Assembly (NCBI GenBank): GCA_000004985.1
Contig: GG739556.1
Strand: one strand, 5' to 3'
Source of the DNA: Naegleria gruberi
Lineage: Eukaryota
DNA length: 1,108 nt
The notes below the pieces were generated by a model that had not been told where the DNA came from, made no database searches, and saw only the letters and a list, made by a program, of their open reading frames with translations. The translations under genes were made by a program, and so were the position numbers. Below are positions 1 through 1,108 of the stretch, one piece after another (the stretch's first letter is position 1; every line of letters begins with the position of its first letter).

Positions 1-129
1 ATGATGTCAGGTGAAGCTTTCAGAGACAAGAGAGAATCCAGAATGGCAGTCAAACAACAACAAGAGTCATCCTCACTCCCATTCCCAGTCAATCTAAGAA
101 AAACAAAATCCGAAGCAGCTGAACAATAA
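1..129 (+). CDS. Probable 3'-terminal coding segment of a gene that begins upstream of the window (alternatively a complete 42-aa ORF). Translation: MMSGEAFRDKRESRMAVKQQQESSSLPFPVNLRKTKSEAAEQ*. Low-complexity, charged tail; product unknown.
   Basis: Frame 1 is open for 42 codons from base 1 to TAA at 127-129. Codon choice is C. elegans-like (AGA x4, CCA x2, GAA, CAA). The stop overlaps a canonical AATAAA. The other two frames are also open until about 93-122, so the frame is not certain. ATGATG at the window edge may be coincidental. Confidence 0.45.
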   Translation: MMSGEAFRDKRESRMAVKQQQESSSLPFPVNLRKTKSEAAEQ

Positions 130-130
130 A
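125..130 (+). promoter_or_regulatory. AATAAA polyadenylation signal overlapping the stop codon of the upstream + strand ORF
   Basis: Exact AATAAA hexamer at 125-130 (caATAAAat), followed by a T-rich tract (131-142). This position fits a short nematode 3' UTR. Confidence 0.5.
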
Positions 131-210
131 ATTTCTTATTTTCACAAAACCACAAATTTTCCAAATTTAAAAATATTAAAAAATTGCACATGCTTTAATT
201 TCTTGATTTG

Positions 211-222
211 TTTTTGTTTCAG
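211..222 (+). other. Consensus nematode 3' splice / trans-splice acceptor (TTTTTGTTTCAG|ATG)
   Basis: tttttgtttcag ends at 222 and matches the C. elegans UUUUCAG acceptor consensus. ATG follows immediately at 223-225, the typical arrangement for SL1/SL2 trans-spliced mRNAs. Confidence 0.5.
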
Positions 223-314
223 ATGATTATAACACTTTTCATGTGCACGAATGACTTCTGGATGATCGTGCCTCTACTACCAAGATCTATGATGCAATTA
301 TTATTGTTTATCAG
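223..314 (+). CDS. Putative first coding exon, or a 31-aa micro-ORF if unspliced (stop TAA 316-318). Translation: MIITLFMCTNDFWMIVPLLPRSMMQLLLFI(R). Hydrophobic, resembling a signal peptide or TM helix.
   Basis: ATG lies directly after the TTTCAG acceptor. The frame is open for 92 nt and ends in AG|GTAATAA (donor GT at 315-316), a strong C. elegans 5' splice site. I found no convincing downstream exon in the window. Candidate acceptors at 412, 503 and 569 all lead to stops within about 10 codons. Confidence 0.3.
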
Positions 315-513
315 GTAATAATTTGATATCTACTCGGAGAGTTTTGTTTTTGCCTGGCTATTCATCATGCTTGAATGCCATTTGACAATCACAAGCTCTT
401 TCGAACACTCAGATCAAGCTATTTGCAATGATTTAAACAAAAGGAAAATTGAATTGACCAGTTCAAAAACGTTGGGTCACTGTTGATCCAAATTATTTAT
501 CAGAATTGAGAGT

Positions 514-519
514 TTTATT
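514..519 (-). promoter_or_regulatory. Candidate AATAAA poly(A) signal for the - strand cyclophilin-like transcript
   Basis: + strand TTTATT at 514-519 is AATAAA on the - strand, about 120 nt downstream of the - strand stop at 639. A non-canonical AATAAG lies much closer to the stop (- strand, about 611-606). Confidence 0.3.
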
Positions 520-638
520 AGGACTTATCCATAATTCTAACAATGGTTGTTGCGAAATGTCAAATTCAGTGTTAATTTTGATGTGCATCTAGTTTAGAAG
601 GTATCTTATTAAGCCAGAAACAATATTTCTGTGTTGTT

Positions 639-984
639 TTATAATTTACAATTGTCCACCATCCTCAATCTTAACTGCACTACTTGATTGTGACCAAAAC
701 TTGGCATACAATTGTCTGCAGCAAAAGAACCCCCATAAATTGATTTACCACAATCACCACCTTCAATAATAGCATCTTTGAGAACTATTGTATAATGTTA
801 AAGTTAAACTTCATGTTTGGAATACGTACCAGTTGTGAAACTAGTTCCTTGATAACCAAATCCATTTTGACCAGCTGAAATTTTCAGCAACATGTGGAAC
901 TTTGTCGCTAAACAAGCTAATGACAATTCTTCCGTATCGACTACCTCCAATGGATACGTCTAAGAAAACTTGTGGTCTGGTCAT
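639..984 (-). pseudogene. Cyclophilin-A-like peptidyl-prolyl isomerase gene, degenerate. Exon 1 is 984-830, intron 829-785, exon 2 784-639 (stop TAA at 641-639). Exon 1 reads [36 protein letters not shown], then [frameshift], then [15 protein letters not shown]. Exon 2 reads VLKDAIIEGGDCGKSIYGGSFAADNCMPSFGHNQVVQLRLRMVDNCKL*.
   Basis: The - strand ATG at 984-982 opens a reading frame. Its N-terminus aligns residue by residue with cyclophilin A (human CypA [31 protein letters not shown]). The conserved RALCT segment after AENF is missing and the frame shifts by +1 near 877-873. In the original frame a TAG falls at 843-841. In the new frame the GFGY.G..F motif is read. GTACGT donor at 829-824. 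Acceptor ...ACAATAG at 786-785 gives a 45-nt intron and preserves the spacing to the GGD and KSIYG motifs. Stop after about 97 residues, where a full domain is about 165. Confidence 0.6.
785..829 (-). other. Intron of the cyclophilin-like gene (phase 1)
   Basis: On the - strand: ACTG|GTACGTATTCC...ATACAATAG|TT. Reading through in frame instead hits TAA at 811-809. Splicing at 785 restores the cyclophilin frame and the canonical 7-residue spacing between F-x-x and (Q/E)GGD. An alternative acceptor, CAAAG at 777-776, would delete 3 residues. Confidence 0.45.
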
Positions 985-1075
985 TGGTTATTTTGTTATA
1001 TTGTGTGGATCGGGTTCCATTTAAGAGAAGAACACGTTTATGTGGTTTAATTACAATGTATAGCTTGCTAGCACC

Positions 1076-1108
1076 ATGGCTAACGAAAAAGTTCAAGTGG
1101 AGAACTCA
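1076..1108 (+). CDS. 5' end of a + strand ORF that runs off the window (MANEKVQVENS...); product unknown
   Basis: ATG at 1076-1078 sits in a good initiation context (cacc ATG g, A at -3). The frame is open for all 11 codons to the window end. A TAG-type acceptor, gtatag|c, ends at 1063. It diverges from the - strand ATG at 984. Confidence 0.3.
   Translation, partial: MANEKVQVENS

Noticed and set aside
8-23. Donor-like CAG|GTGAAG (GT at 11-12) and acceptor-like CTTTCAG (17-23) inside the first ORF
   Set aside because: They are only 13 nt apart, far too short for an intron. Frame 1 reads cleanly through both, so I treat them as chance matches within coding sequence.
449-466. Small inverted repeat TTGAA-ttgaccag-TTCAA
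   Set aside because: It is only a 5-bp stem in AT-rich sequence, with no flanking conservation cues. It does not suggest a miRNA-type hairpin, which needs a stem of about 22 bp.
412-569. Candidate downstream acceptors for the 223-314 exon (CACTCAG|A at 412, TTTATCAG|A at 503, AAATTCAG|T at 569)
   Set aside because: Joining the phase-2 donor at 314 to any of them gives a stop within 6-10 codons, so none defines a credible second coding exon.
615-640. Hairpin CAGAAA-caata-TTTCTG followed by a T-rich run (GTGTTGTTTT), resembling a bacterial rho-independent terminator on the + strand
   Set aside because: Sequence context is clearly eukaryotic (spliceosomal introns, AATAAA signals). A 6-bp A/T-rich stem is weak and expected by chance. 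It lies just 3' of the - strand stop codon.
795-881. + strand [30 protein letters not shown]
   Set aside because: It is a short antisense ORF spanning the cyclophilin intron and exon junction. It has no splice or initiation context and arises from the low stop density opposite a coding strand.
892-963. + strand [26 protein letters not shown] preceded by TTTTCAG (881-887)
   Set aside because: It is antisense to cyclophilin exon 1. The TTTTCAG is simply the reverse complement of the GAA AAT TTC (E-N-F) codons. It is 23 codons long with no supporting signals, so it is a mirror artefact.
1-1108. Prokaryotic-style features (RBS, operon genes, CRISPR repeats, IS elements) and tRNA or other structured RNA genes
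   Set aside because: I saw no repeat-spacer periodicity, no terminal inverted repeats and no cloverleaf-compatible segments. Gene structure and signals are those of a nematode nuclear genome. I also found no 21U-RNA upstream motif (CTGTTTCA).

Overview
The window looks like nematode (Caenorhabditis-type) nuclear DNA, not prokaryotic. Introns and spacers are AT-rich. Splice acceptors are TTTCAG-like and donors are GTAAT/GTACGT-like. The coding segments use the codons C. elegans prefers (AGA Arg, CCA Pro, GGA Gly). I see four coding elements. (1) A + strand open frame from base 1 to a TAA at 127-129. The stop overlaps an AATAAA poly(A) signal at 125-130. This is probably the 3' end of a gene that begins upstream of the window. 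(2) About 90 nt downstream there is a consensus acceptor TTTTTGTTTCAG (211-222). It is followed immediately by ATG (223) and a 92-nt open segment ending in a strong donor AG|GTAATAA (315). The segment encodes a hydrophobic, helix-like peptide. The AATAAA-to-acceptor spacing resembles an operon intercistronic region with SL2-type trans-splicing. (3) On the - strand (984->639) is a cyclophilin-A-like (PPIase) sequence. Its N-terminal motif is unmistakable: [25 protein letters not shown], then GFGY.G..F, GGD, KSIYG. It is clearly degenerate. An ~11-nt deletion and frameshift follow AENF. The catalytic Arg is replaced. A 7-residue loop is deleted. A stop removes the C-terminal half of the domain. 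It contains one 45-nt intron with a GTACGT donor. I call it a pseudogene or a highly degenerate paralogue. (4) 91 bp upstream of that gene's ATG, on the + strand, a new ORF starts at 1076 (MANEKVQVENS...) and runs off the window. Together these make a compact head-to-head gene pair. All identifications rest on reading and translating the sequence by eye. No database search was possible.
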